Virus record (IMG/VR): IMGVR_UViG_3300031566_000036
Location: 1 to 57,421 of that record
Direction: 5' to 3' (one strand)
From: a virus
Lineage: Duplodnaviria > Caudoviricetes
Length of the DNA stretch: 57,421 nt
The number at the start of each line of letters is the position of its first letter. The first letter of the stretch is position 1. Shown here piece after piece: positions 7,481-16,827 of the stretch. The notes beneath the pieces are model-generated. The model saw nothing but the letters and a program-made list of their open reading frames with translations, did not search any database and was not told the origin of the DNA. Made by a program: the position numbers and the translations under genes.

Positions 7481-8666
7481 CTTGTGACTCCTTAAACGGC
7501 GGTAAATAATTAGTTAGTTTGAATACTTTTTCAATAGGTTTATCAGTATGATTCTCACCGACCCATTGTCCAGTGTGATGATTGTATGTTGTACTAAAAT
7601 CATCATCACCCCACATATCATTTAAGTACAACTTTATTTGTTCGCCGAGCCAAGCACCAGTCGCGGGTACTACACCTTTTGCGATTTGAGCAATGGGCTG
7701 TGCTCCAACTGGTACAAAGTTTTTCGGCCAACCCATTAACGCAGCGGTCTCTAATGCGGTTATTGGTCGGTCTAAAGTAGGATGAATATTATTGCCAAAA
7801 CTTGAAGCTATTGTTGGGCAATGTCCGTTCCACTTTAAACGGCAAGGCGCATGCAAACTAAATGGTACCTCAGACAAACGATACACATATTTATCATAGT
7901 GATACGGGCTAACTCTTTTCATTTCTTCAAGGCGCTTGCGAGCAACATCATGATAGGACTCACCTTGCCGCAAAATTGGAATCATTACTTTTTCTTGAGC
8001 ATTAAACTCTGTATAAGTATCAGGTGTCCAAGGATTGTTATTGCCCCAAAGTTTGCCGCCCACAGTTTTTCGACCTAAAAGTGGTAATAACACATCGCCT
8101 ACCGTCGTCCGAAACTCTGGCAAGTTTGGTCGCATGACATTAAAGTTTTTGTTATTACGATACGCTACAAAGAAATATCTTCGGCGTTTCTGCGCATTGC
8201 CTTCAGCCGCAGTATTTACAAACAGATGGGCTATCCGATAACCTGCGGGAACAAATAAGTCATCCCGTAAAATGTCAAGTAATGGCCGACCAACGGTGTA
8301 AGCTTGCTGCACGCTTTCAAACGCAATTAAATCAAAGTCAGCATGTATTCCAAATCTGCATAAATCCCAAATGTCTCTTGTAGGTTTCGCGTTTGGTCCA
8401 CGCACAGTAGAATTAGAACCTGCACTATAACTTGAGAATGATGTGCATCGCGGATTGCCATAACAAAATGAACAGCCTTCCCATTCACTTTTATAGTCAT
8501 CCCAACCTCGCCACGTATCAGCGTTCATGAACTTCGTCTTATGCGCCTTGCACGTTTCTCCACCGAAGTTGTGAATCTCTAATTGACCTACGACCGGCAT
8601 CACAGTTTTCATGCCCATTGTAAACCCACCCGCAAAACAGTGAACTCCTACACCTTTATGTTTCAT
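7470..8666 (-). CDS. Divergent C5 DNA cytosine methyltransferase
   Basis: FAGGF (motif I), GNPRC (IV), FESV (VI), QKRRRYF (VIII), QIAKGV (X). Start probably MKHKG at 8666. Confidence 0.8.
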   Translation of the reverse strand: MKHKGVGVHCFAGGFTMGMKTVMPVVGQLEIHNFGGETCKAHKTKFMNADTWRGWDDYKSEWEGCSFCYGNPRCTSFSSYSAGSNSTVRGPNAKPTRDIWDLCRFGIHADFDLIAFESVQQAYTVGRPLLDILRDDLFVPAGYRIAHLFVNTAAEGNAQKRRRYFFVAYRNNKNFNVMRPNLPEFRTTVGDVLLPLLGRKTVGGKLWGNNNPWTPDTYTEFNAQEKVMIPILRQGESYHDVARKRLEEMKRVSPYHYDKYVYRLSEVPFSLHAPCRLKWNGHCPTIASSFGNNIHPTLDRPITALETAALMGWPKNFVPVGAQPIAQIAKGVVPATGAWLGEQIKLYLNDMWGDDDFSTTYNHHTGQWVGENHTDKPIEKVFKLTNYLPPFKESQDGK

Positions 8667-8844
8667 TTGTGGCCTCCGAACATATTCCGTCCAATTTACA
8701 TTTCGCGTCATCACGTCCATGTTTCGCACCATGTATAAAAGCCATAATAAAAGCTGGCTTAAAAACTTTCTCGCATAAAAAGTCAGCGTGCGCTTTAGCA
8801 TCTATTTGGTACTTTTCTTTTAACTCATCTGATAACTCTGCCAT
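8656..8844 (-). CDS. Small hypothetical protein
   Basis: 62-aa ORF with AGGAG RBS, translationally coupled. Confidence 0.65.
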   Translation of the reverse strand: MAELSDELKEKYQIDAKAHADFLCEKVFKPAFIMAFIHGAKHGRDDAKCKLDGICSEATNET

Positions 8845-9593
8845 TATTCGGTCTCCTTAAGCCATTCTGCAATTTTCTGCATTGATTTCGCGGGTAAAAA
8901 TAAAGTGTCCCATCGACCTTTAGTTCCTGCACATGCTGACCAACCACCAAAAGTAAACTCACGTACATCATCAGCCCGTATACTTTCGCAACCTGTCACG
9001 CCACCCTTGATAATCCAAACCCACCACTCGCCGGGATAAGTAGATGACTCTTTTTTATTAACAAGCACTTTCATTGTCACTTGCTTATCTGTCACACAAT
9101 TTGTACGGATAGCATCGACCTCCACTCCACGATGCAAATCAAGTACTCGCTTCAAATTCGGCGGGACGTAGTTTGGCCCCTTATCCCGTAGACGAATATC
9201 ATCTTTTTTACGTGGAGCTTTTGTTAAGTTCGAAGCACATACTTCGTCGACTGCTTGAGGCAACGGAAGGCCAAACGCAATCGCTGTTCCCTTAGTGACA
9301 AACTCTAAATCGGCTAAACCGTCGAGCGTTTCAAGCTCATCACAGTTCGCTAATCCAAGAATTGCCTCGCCAAGTTCTTCGACCATCAATTGTGTTCGAG
9401 CAAGTCGTGGGTCTGTGCACGTTTTCATCATTTCTTCCATTATCGTTGCAAGTTCCAACAGCGCGTTAGCGACATCCTTCTCAAGAAACTCACTCATGAT
9501 AACATGCTCTTTAAGTTCAGTCAAGTTTTCGTTAATCGAGAAGCCTTGCTTGCAGTGAAACAACTTCGTTTTTTCAAATTGTTTGTCGTTCAT
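8844..9593 (-). CDS. MazG-like (all-alpha) NTP pyrophosphohydrolase with extra C-terminal domain
   Basis: EELGE..DGLAD..V..SNLTK..KGPNY pattern. Confidence 0.8.
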   Translation of the reverse strand: MNDKQFEKTKLFHCKQGFSINENLTELKEHVIMSEFLEKDVANALLELATIMEEMMKTCTDPRLARTQLMVEELGEAILGLANCDELETLDGLADLEFVTKGTAIAFGLPLPQAVDEVCASNLTKAPRKKDDIRLRDKGPNYVPPNLKRVLDLHRGVEVDAIRTNCVTDKQVTMKVLVNKKESSTYPGEWWVWIIKGGVTGCESIRADDVREFTFGGWSACAGTKGRWDTLFLPAKSMQKIAEWLKETE

Positions 9594-9610
9594 TTTACTC
9601 TGTCCTTTCG

Positions 9611-12484
9611 TTAAAATTCCTCAGTCATATAGTCGGGCCGGTCGCCCATTTCCATTTCTTTTGAGTTCAACAATTCTTTTAAGAATTCAATAAATCGAGC
9701 AGTCTTTCGATAACCTCGACCGTCGCGCTGAAAAGCGTTCTTGCGTACGAACAGCGATATTAGTTGAGCGGTGTTTCCTTTGTCCCACCCGCACCAGTCA
9801 CTGACGTCACGAAACTCAATATCATTAGTATATAATAATTGCTTAACGAAGTCACGCGGGAACGGCGTTTGCATAATCCTCTTAGATAATAACTCAGGGG
9901 CAATCAAAACGTTACTTGCGTTGACCGCATCAGAAAAATCTTTGTAGCCAAAAATCCTGTTTGAATAAATTCTTTCAAGGAATTGCGAAATATATTTTAC
10001 GTGGCACTCTTTGACTTCAACAGTATGAAAGTCCTTATTTGAAAACGTTCGGCAGGCTAATGCAATCGCAAGTCGGCATAACTTAAACCGCATTGAGCCT
10101 CGGTCTATAATTGGAACAATCTCTGTAAAGATTGAACATAGCCGAGTTGCTTCAGACAAAATAATCTTAATCGCTTCAGGCGTAAAAGTCACTTGCTCCG
10201 CCGTTCGTGTCCACGCCCAAAGAATTAGACGGTGACTCAATTCTTCAGTACAAAAATGCTTTACCTTTGGGCGATACTGTTGTAAGTTATTTAGCACGTC
10301 AACTGAAATTTCTTCGGCCGATGTTAAAAGAACTGCGTCGAACCTACGAATGTCTTCAAGTCCACCAATCAATTCTTTAACTGCTTCGATTCCAAAATTA
10401 TAAGCGGACAGTGGTAAGTCACCTCGCGGATTGCTAACCATTATTAATCGGGTACGTGCGTGCGTTCTGCGTTTTTCAATCTTAGGTATTTCAGCAACAC
10501 CTGATGAACGCATGTCGGTAAGTTTTCCAATCACCTCAGTGCTCGTTCCCTTAATTTCTTCAAGTATCACTAAACGTTTATCGTGTGTTGGAATTACTCC
10601 CCACGTCACAAACCAACGATTGCCGGCACTCACCTGTTGGAGCCCACCTAAAAGCCCAGCAACTGTTGCATTTTTGCATTCGACGCGCTCACCTAAATTG
10701 TAGTGTTTCATTAAGCGAATTAAAGTTTCTGATTTACCTTGTGAACTGTCGCCTGCGATAAGCGTCTCGACCCATCCTTTAGTTAACTTGCCATCGAAGT
10801 TAAACAGTAGAGTGCTATGATACGTAAGGTCGATGATAAAATGTAAATCACTTCGCTCAAAGATATGTGTGACATTCGCTGATAGGTCTGCGTAAATTGA
10901 TTTTAGTTTTTCATCAATAGATTCGACTGTCCATTCTTTAGGCTGAAAAACATTCAAAGCTTTTAAGTCTGCGTCCGATGGTTGATAACTTGATAATGCG
11001 TCACACGTAGTTTCTGATTCGCTAATTAAAATTACTGACTGTTGGGTTTTCGGGTGTGGGTACATTCGACCGGTGAATTCATACCCTTCATTTGTCTCAA
11101 GCCCATGCCCGATGCATAAAGCGGGTTGTAGAATATCATCGACTGATCGTGAACTAATCTCAAGCTGCGGTGCAAGTCGAATATCTTCAACGTTAAAATA
11201 AGTCGTAGGCACAAATTCTACAACTTTGCATGTTGGTATTCTAAGACCGGCCATAATCGCGTCGCGTTGTGTAATTTTTGAAGTCGCGACCATTTCTAAA
11301 ATAGCGGGTGACTCTGGGTGTAGACTCATTTTGACAAAACCATTATCGTCAAGTGGTAATGCGAACACTGGACATACACTGCAGACCTTTTGGTCACGTG
11401 CACAAGATATTCGAATGTCTTTTGGTATTACATACGGTGCAGTGTCCATCGCTGCAACTGTCGCCTTTACTCGAATCCGTTTTCCGGTATGCTCTGCCCG
11501 TGACGCTTGATTCAAATGAAGGTCAAGTATTTCGCCCGTATTTTCAACGCTTAACTCAAACTTCGATTCCCATTCCGGCGTTGACCCAATGAGCTTTAAG
11601 AAGTCTTTATCAGTTTTCTTCTCGACTCCAAAATAATCATTCACGTCGCCCGTTGGATACTTATCAATGTCAAGTGGTAAGTCTATTTTATGAATACTAT
11701 TAACGTCTTTTTTAAGACGGGCGCATAACGAATCAGCCGACTTATTTCCTTCTTTATCAATGTCAAGACAAACGTATACATCTTTATCTTTGAAAGAAAG
11801 ATTAAATTTCGGGTCCCAGTTCCCCTCTCCCGCTGTTGCGGTAATCGCCCCAATGCCATGCTTATTTAATTTTGAGGCAGTGACAATCGCTTTTAATTCG
11901 CCACCACATATTATAATTGTTTTATATTTTAATTGCTCAAGCGGAAATAAACGAATGCTTCCGTGCCCACGTTTGTTTTTCATTTTCTCAGAACTTGGAG
12001 CGCCGGGCAAATAACGCCGAACGTTAACGATTAACCCATTACTATTTGTAATAGGAATAGAAATACGTCCGTCGTCAAGTCCTATTCGGTATTGTCGAAT
12101 AAGGTCGTCAGTGACACCGCGTTTATATAATTGCTTTAATAAAGGCTTTGCAGTCCATACAAGATTATGCCAACGCTCAACGGCACTACTATCTATGACT
12201 TTCACATTCTCAAATTCGTAGCGGGTCGATAAATCCTCAAACATTACGCGGCGTGTAGTGTTTAAGACCTTAGTTAAAAACGTAACTATGTCACCCGTAG
12301 CCTTACACCCGGCCGTGTGACAAATGAATAAGTTCTTTTTAACATTAATGCTACAACTTGGAGTTTTATCATCGTGAAAAGGACATAGTACTTTAACCTC
12401 GTCATCGGTCGCGAACTCGTATTTGCAACCGCACCGTTCCAATTCATTCAGTGCAGAGATTGATTGCAGTTGTCGGTCATCCAT
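9611..12484 (-). CDS. Primase-helicase: CHC2 zinc finger + TOPRIM + MCM-type AAA+ helicase
   Basis: CPFHDD..C..C; GGELK and DID (TOPRIM); GDSSQGKS, AGLLGG, LEEI, SNP, IRRFD (MCM-like). Confidence 0.85.
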   Translation of the reverse strand: MDDRQLQSISALNELERCGCKYEFATDDEVKVLCPFHDDKTPSCSINVKKNLFICHTAGCKATGDIVTFLTKVLNTTRRVMFEDLSTRYEFENVKVIDSSAVERWHNLVWTAKPLLKQLYKRGVTDDLIRQYRIGLDDGRISIPITNSNGLIVNVRRYLPGAPSSEKMKNKRGHGSIRLFPLEQLKYKTIIICGGELKAIVTASKLNKHGIGAITATAGEGNWDPKFNLSFKDKDVYVCLDIDKEGNKSADSLCARLKKDVNSIHKIDLPLDIDKYPTGDVNDYFGVEKKTDKDFLKLIGSTPEWESKFELSVENTGEILDLHLNQASRAEHTGKRIRVKATVAAMDTAPYVIPKDIRISCARDQKVCSVCPVFALPLDDNGFVKMSLHPESPAILEMVATSKITQRDAIMAGLRIPTCKVVEFVPTTYFNVEDIRLAPQLEISSRSVDDILQPALCIGHGLETNEGYEFTGRMYPHPKTQQSVILISESETTCDALSSYQPSDADLKALNVFQPKEWTVESIDEKLKSIYADLSANVTHIFERSDLHFIIDLTYHSTLLFNFDGKLTKGWVETLIAGDSSQGKSETLIRLMKHYNLGERVECKNATVAGLLGGLQQVSAGNRWFVTWGVIPTHDKRLVILEEIKGTSTEVIGKLTDMRSSGVAEIPKIEKRRTHARTRLIMVSNPRGDLPLSAYNFGIEAVKELIGGLEDIRRFDAVLLTSAEEISVDVLNNLQQYRPKVKHFCTEELSHRLILWAWTRTAEQVTFTPEAIKIILSEATRLCSIFTEIVPIIDRGSMRFKLCRLAIALACRTFSNKDFHTVEVKECHVKYISQFLERIYSNRIFGYKDFSDAVNASNVLIAPELLSKRIMQTPFPRDFVKQLLYTNDIEFRDVSDWCGWDKGNTAQLISLFVRKNAFQRDGRGYRKTARFIEFLKELLNSKEMEMGDRPDYMTEEF

Positions 12485-12519
12485 ACGTTCTTTCGGTACG
12501 TTCTATTTATAAAAGTTAC

Positions 12520-12551
12520 GGCGGGTGGAGAAGTAAATCCGTCCACCCGCC
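12520..12551 (-). terminator. Putative intrinsic terminator or attenuator hairpin
   Basis: 10-bp GC stem GGCGGGTGGA/TCCACCCGCC, followed on the minus strand by GTAACTTTT. Confidence 0.5.
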
Positions 12552-12572
12552 ATAGCGCGAGAGACTCGTTAG

Positions 12573-13406
12573 TTAAAACTCATTTGATGGTTTTGTCGCG
12601 GCTTCATCTTCTTCATCTACGATGTCATACTGTGCTTGAATCTTTTGCTCTTTGTGCAGTGCAACAAACTGCTCATGAAGTTCTTTGAGCTCGTCGAAAC
12701 CATCTTTTCCAACCCACGCTGAACCTTCACTTGGGTTCGTCATATCACATCCGTACCAATCACCTTTTGGATTGTGTCGGATACTAACGTTCGCTTCAAA
12801 TATGCATCCGTAAATCGGCGCTTTTCGCATACGAATAAGAGCGGCGAACTTTGTGCCTGAACGCCACTCCCCTCTTGAGAAGGAAAGTACCGCGGGCTCT
12901 GAACCCAACTCATGGTTGTGCAACAGCACTATAAAGTTTAAGTGCTCAACGTGTCGGATTGTATACTCCGGTTGAGTCGGGTGTTGCTCCGAGCGAAGCT
13001 TAGCGCTTCTTGACTTTGCAACGACTGGGTCATTCGGGTCGATGGTGCGATAAACGATTGACGGTTCCGTTCCTTTTAACTGAATTGGATTCCATGTAAT
13101 CCATTCAGGATAAAAGAAAAGCGGCACGATTTGAAAAATACCTTTCGCGCCCTCAATCGGTCGGCCTTTTTCGTTTCTCGGCATTTCAGCAATTAATGCA
13201 TTTGCTGGCGATAGTATTACGTCACCCGGTGAAAACGTTTGAAGCAGTTCATCGCTCGCCGATTTTTGAATTACTTTGATAAACGGTGGGATGACGAACT
13301 CTTTAAGCACTTCGAGCCCTGTCACTGTTTCTTCTATCATAAAATCTGGAACTGCTAAATTTGGTGTCACCTTAGTGATACCTTGACTGTGGTCTTTCTT
13401 TGCCAT
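12573..13406 (-). CDS. Putative ssDNA-binding or replication accessory protein
   Basis: Directly upstream of the primase, acidic tail ending in F. Function is inferred. Confidence 0.5.
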   Translation of the reverse strand: MAKKDHSQGITKVTPNLAVPDFMIEETVTGLEVLKEFVIPPFIKVIQKSASDELLQTFSPGDVILSPANALIAEMPRNEKGRPIEGAKGIFQIVPLFFYPEWITWNPIQLKGTEPSIVYRTIDPNDPVVAKSRSAKLRSEQHPTQPEYTIRHVEHLNFIVLLHNHELGSEPAVLSFSRGEWRSGTKFAALIRMRKAPIYGCIFEANVSIRHNPKGDWYGCDMTNPSEGSAWVGKDGFDELKELHEQFVALHKEQKIQAQYDIVDEEDEAATKPSNEF

Positions 13407-13439
13407 TTGATACTCCTTTATTTGTTCATTGTTTGTTGT

Positions 13440-14054
13440 TTATTCGTTTACTGCTACTTCAAAAGCCTCATCCTCCTTTCCTAATTCTTTATAGGCTTTT
13501 TCAAAGTTAACTAATAACTCGTCCAAGTCACGTTTAGAGCGTATTACTAAAGAATAAGTTGGGTACGTGTTTTCTGGGTCGATGCCCGGCGGTAATGGCT
13601 TACCTTCTTCAGCAAGCACTGAAACGATTTCACAAATCGCAGGCCAATGCGGTCTTACTGCTCTGTCAGTTAATGAGCTTAGCTCAATGCCAAAGTAATT
13701 CATTAACGCTTCAAATTCTTCAGGGTTTCTTTCACGATGTGGAAGTTTAACTGATAACTTCATCGAAGGTGAGCCGGTTGCTAATGAAGCGCGAATCGGC
13801 TTTCCTTCTGCTTGCGTTAAGTACACTACGCAAACCACTTGCTCGAGGATATACACAATGCCATCGGCCTCTTTACGTAGGTCATTTGCGAGCTTTGAAA
13901 TTTCACGTGAAACATGCACAAGATTAACAAGATCCTCCATACTGTACTTGCCACTCTTCGCTTCATCACGTATGTATGCTAATTGCTCATAGCCCGAAAG
14001 ATACGTCGCTTTCATTTTGCCGTACTCTTGTAATAGTTTTAATAGTACTTTCAT
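13440..14054 (-). CDS. Hypothetical protein (replication module)
   Basis: 204-aa ORF with RBS. Confidence 0.75.
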   Translation of the reverse strand: MKVLLKLLQEYGKMKATYLSGYEQLAYIRDEAKSGKYSMEDLVNLVHVSREISKLANDLRKEADGIVYILEQVVCVVYLTQAEGKPIRASLATGSPSMKLSVKLPHRERNPEEFEALMNYFGIELSSLTDRAVRPHWPAICEIVSVLAEEGKPLPPGIDPENTYPTYSLVIRSKRDLDELLVNFEKAYKELGKEDEAFEVAVNE

Positions 14055-14059
14055 TTGTC

Positions 14060-14266
14060 CTATCCTTTCCTTTTTGATTTTCCAAATCCCATAGAATTAA
14101 TTTCTGTATTTTCAATTACTTCGCATTCTTCAACGTATCTCGAAGCTGGGTCCCCATTATGATCCAAATATACAAAAGTATAGTTTTTGTTATCTTTGTG
14201 TATCTTAGTTAGTATTCCTTTTATTCCCGTAAAATGAACGATGCTATCACCGACCTTGTACTTCAT
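14060..14266 (-). CDS. Small hypothetical protein (SH3/KOW-like start MKYKVGD)
   Basis: 68-aa ORF flanked by 20-bp direct repeats. Confidence 0.7.
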   Translation of the reverse strand: MKYKVGDSIVHFTGIKGILTKIHKDNKNYTFVYLDHNGDPASRYVEECEVIENTEINSMGFGKSKRKG

Positions 14267-14271
14267 TTGTC

Positions 14272-14598
14272 CTATCCTTTCTTAAAAGTTTTTGAAATAT
14301 ACACGCCTTCGATACTGTTAAATAATAATACTGTAAACGTCTCATGACTTTGTGCGATTGCTATAATACTATTTATCATAATTAGCACCGCGCCCACGAT
14401 GCAAATGTAATCATCTTCTGGATTGTAGTCAAGCTCTTTAAGACGCCCTAACACTGTTCGGCCAAACTTCTTATGGTCCCATGCGCTACAACGTCTATCG
14501 TCTTTATCAAATAGATAAACTATTTGACCGAAGTCTTTAGCCTTTGATACGTCGATATTATTTCGAGGATGCTCAATTATAAAAACTTTTTTACTCAT
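14272..14598 (-). CDS. Hypothetical protein
   Basis: ORF overlapping the helicase stop; start probably MSKKVF. Confidence 0.7.
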   Translation of the reverse strand: MSKKVFIIEHPRNNIDVSKAKDFGQIVYLFDKDDRRCSAWDHKKFGRTVLGRLKELDYNPEDDYICIVGAVLIMINSIIAIAQSHETFTVLLFNSIEGVYISKTFKKG

Positions 14599-16642
14599 TT
14601 CCATTTCCTTCGCCAACGCTTGGGACGTAATTTAAGATTCGCGCCATTATAGACTTCACGTCTTGCAGTTGTAATGCTACAAGTTGTTTATTTACTACTC
14701 TCAACGCTATTTCTTCGTCGATAGTTTGCGGCACTATTAAATCAGTTACACGAACTGACACTCGCGTTCCTCTACGAACTGCTCGCTTTTGACTTTGTGA
14801 CCGATGAATCATGCTCCAGCCTTGCGAGTAATAGATTTCTTGTGTTGTGTTACAGCCGTGGTCTTTGTCTGTTCCCGCCCATTCCGGTATGTGTCCCCAT
14901 AAGTCTAAACCGAGGCCACCCGCGGCAGGGTTGCCAATGAAAACTTTTACTGACGGGTCTTGATTATAGCTGTCTTGTGCAATCTCGCGGTCTTTATCAC
15001 TTGTACCTCCGTAATAAGTGACATGCTTAATGCCTTCTTTAGTTAAGCGAGCTGAAAGCATTTTAATCACTGAGACCCAGTTAGTCCAAATGATTGTCTT
15101 TTCTTTTGGGCCTTTAGCTTTAAGGCCATTTACCACTGCGTCAATTTTTGGATTCGGTGAAATTTCTTCGCACTGCGAATCTGCGTTAAGCACTTCGCCT
15201 TCATCATTATATATCGCGTCCCACTTTAAATATCCCGCGGTTATTTGTGATAGTCGAAGGAGCTTTGTTAAAATATGATTCGCAGTTAGTTGTTTGTTTT
15301 TATCTTTATTCAATTCGTTTTCAATTTCAATCGCTAATTGTTTTTGAAGAGTCATATAGCAATCGCGTTGAAACTTCGTCATCTCAACTTCTTCAATGTC
15401 ATAAGTTTCTTTCGGTAACTCAGGCATCGCTTCAGCCGCACTAATCATAAAACAAAGTCGCGAGAAGCGTTCTTGTAAAATCGGAAGGTTCTGATAGTCA
15501 GTTAAAATGTCACGGCCATCTTGCTCTACAAACTTTCCGTAGTACCTCTTAAACGCTTTATAAGTCGTGAACCCACTTAGGCCTTCGCCAAGCCATTCGA
15601 GCTGTGTCCAAACATCAAATAAGTTATTTGCAATTGGCGTTCCCGTTAAACCTGTTCGGCACTTGCACAAGTCTCTAAGCTCTTTCATCTTAGCCCAACG
15701 TTTAGTTGAAAAGCTTTTAATCATATGCGCTTCGTCAAGTGTACACAAGTCCCACTTAATCATTCTAAGAGCGTCCCAAGAGCGCTGCACAGTTTCATAT
15801 GAACATATTACTACTGTGTACTCTGAATCGTCGTCTTGCTTAAACCCTTCAACGATTAATTTGATTCGCTCTAATTTACCACCTCTCAAAACCGTAAGTT
15901 TGCCGGGCTGTGTTGCAAAGTCAATGAATTTATTATGCCAATTCATTCGCATGTTTTTAGGAACTACAATTAATGCCCGGTACATTCGTTTCTCTTTTTT
16001 ATAAACTCGATGCGCTTCGTAGCAGATTCGCGAGATTATAATCGGAGTCTTGCCTGTGCCTTGTTCCATCCATTCATTTGCGCCTTCTTCAAAAATCTGT
16101 GTTGCAAGACAAGTCTTTTGAAAAGACATAAGTGGTCGAATTGGATGGTCGATGAAGTCCTTTGGCATTTCAGGAACTTCGCCTTTTAATTTGTAAGCGG
16201 CTTTAATGCGAGAGTTGAGCGTCTGCTTAAGAAAACGCGCTAATAGGAACGTATAAAGCATTTTAGCTTCTTTTGTGAATGATACTTGCTCAGCAGGCCA
16301 AAGTCCGTTTATAAGAATAGCTGTAAAGTCAGTGCCTGCAACTTGCCACTTTTCTCCAGGTTCATTTGAATTGTGTAAGCGCTTCCGTTCTGGGATTCGG
16401 CCCATGAACGCGCGACTTACTCGATAAGATGGCGAGCGCTTTAAAGTTGCAGTGTCGGGATTTTCGTAATGATATAACTTTTCTCGAAGTGCATACGTAT
16501 CAAAAATGAAATGTCGACCTTTGCCGTCAAGACTGATGTGCAGTCTATCATTCATCATAAATTTGATAGGCGCTAAAAGTCTTTTAGTGCTATCATTTAG
16601 TGGCTCAAGAAAGTTCTGAGTAATGATGTCCAACTGTTTCAT
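14591..16642 (-). CDS. SNF2-family DEAH helicase
   Basis: EQGTGKT, LIVVP, LDEAH, LTGTP, GGLGLDL, QSQKRAVRRG. Confidence 0.9.
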   Translation of the reverse strand: MKQLDIITQNFLEPLNDSTKRLLAPIKFMMNDRLHISLDGKGRHFIFDTYALREKLYHYENPDTATLKRSPSYRVSRAFMGRIPERKRLHNSNEPGEKWQVAGTDFTAILINGLWPAEQVSFTKEAKMLYTFLLARFLKQTLNSRIKAAYKLKGEVPEMPKDFIDHPIRPLMSFQKTCLATQIFEEGANEWMEQGTGKTPIIISRICYEAHRVYKKEKRMYRALIVVPKNMRMNWHNKFIDFATQPGKLTVLRGGKLERIKLIVEGFKQDDDSEYTVVICSYETVQRSWDALRMIKWDLCTLDEAHMIKSFSTKRWAKMKELRDLCKCRTGLTGTPIANNLFDVWTQLEWLGEGLSGFTTYKAFKRYYGKFVEQDGRDILTDYQNLPILQERFSRLCFMISAAEAMPELPKETYDIEEVEMTKFQRDCYMTLQKQLAIEIENELNKDKNKQLTANHILTKLLRLSQITAGYLKWDAIYNDEGEVLNADSQCEEISPNPKIDAVVNGLKAKGPKEKTIIWTNWVSVIKMLSARLTKEGIKHVTYYGGTSDKDREIAQDSYNQDPSVKVFIGNPAAGGLGLDLWGHIPEWAGTDKDHGCNTTQEIYYSQGWSMIHRSQSQKRAVRRGTRVSVRVTDLIVPQTIDEEIALRVVNKQLVALQLQDVKSIMARILNYVPSVGEGNGNE

Positions 16643-16700
16643 AATACTTCCTATTGTTCTATTTTCAATTCAACATACTATAATTTAATCCAATTTTGCC

Positions 16701-16729
16701 ATTATACAATATTGATAGTCACTTGTAAA
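16701..16729 (-). promoter_or_regulatory. Sigma70-type promoter for the replication operon
   Basis: TTTACA-17 bp-TATAAT with upstream TTATTTTTTTG tract. Confidence 0.8.
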
Positions 16730-16750
16730 CAAAAAAATAAAATATTTTGA

Positions 16751-16827
16751 AAAATAAATAATGAGCACACAACTCAGAGTTTGGCGAGCAAAATCACTAT
16801 TGGAAAGGACCTGAGTGCGCGCTCATT
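16751..16827 (-). terminator. Long-stem, large-loop terminator-like RNA with anti-RBS loop
   Basis: AAUGAGC-GCGC-A-CUCAG / CUGAG-UU-GUGU-GCUCAUU stem, 33-nt loop, U-rich tail AUUUAUUUUU. Confidence 0.7.

Noticed and set aside
8667-8801. Long N-terminus of the methyltransferase ORF
   Set aside because: It overlaps the 8656-8844 gene. Motif I lies right after the ATG at 8666, which has a GGAGG RBS.
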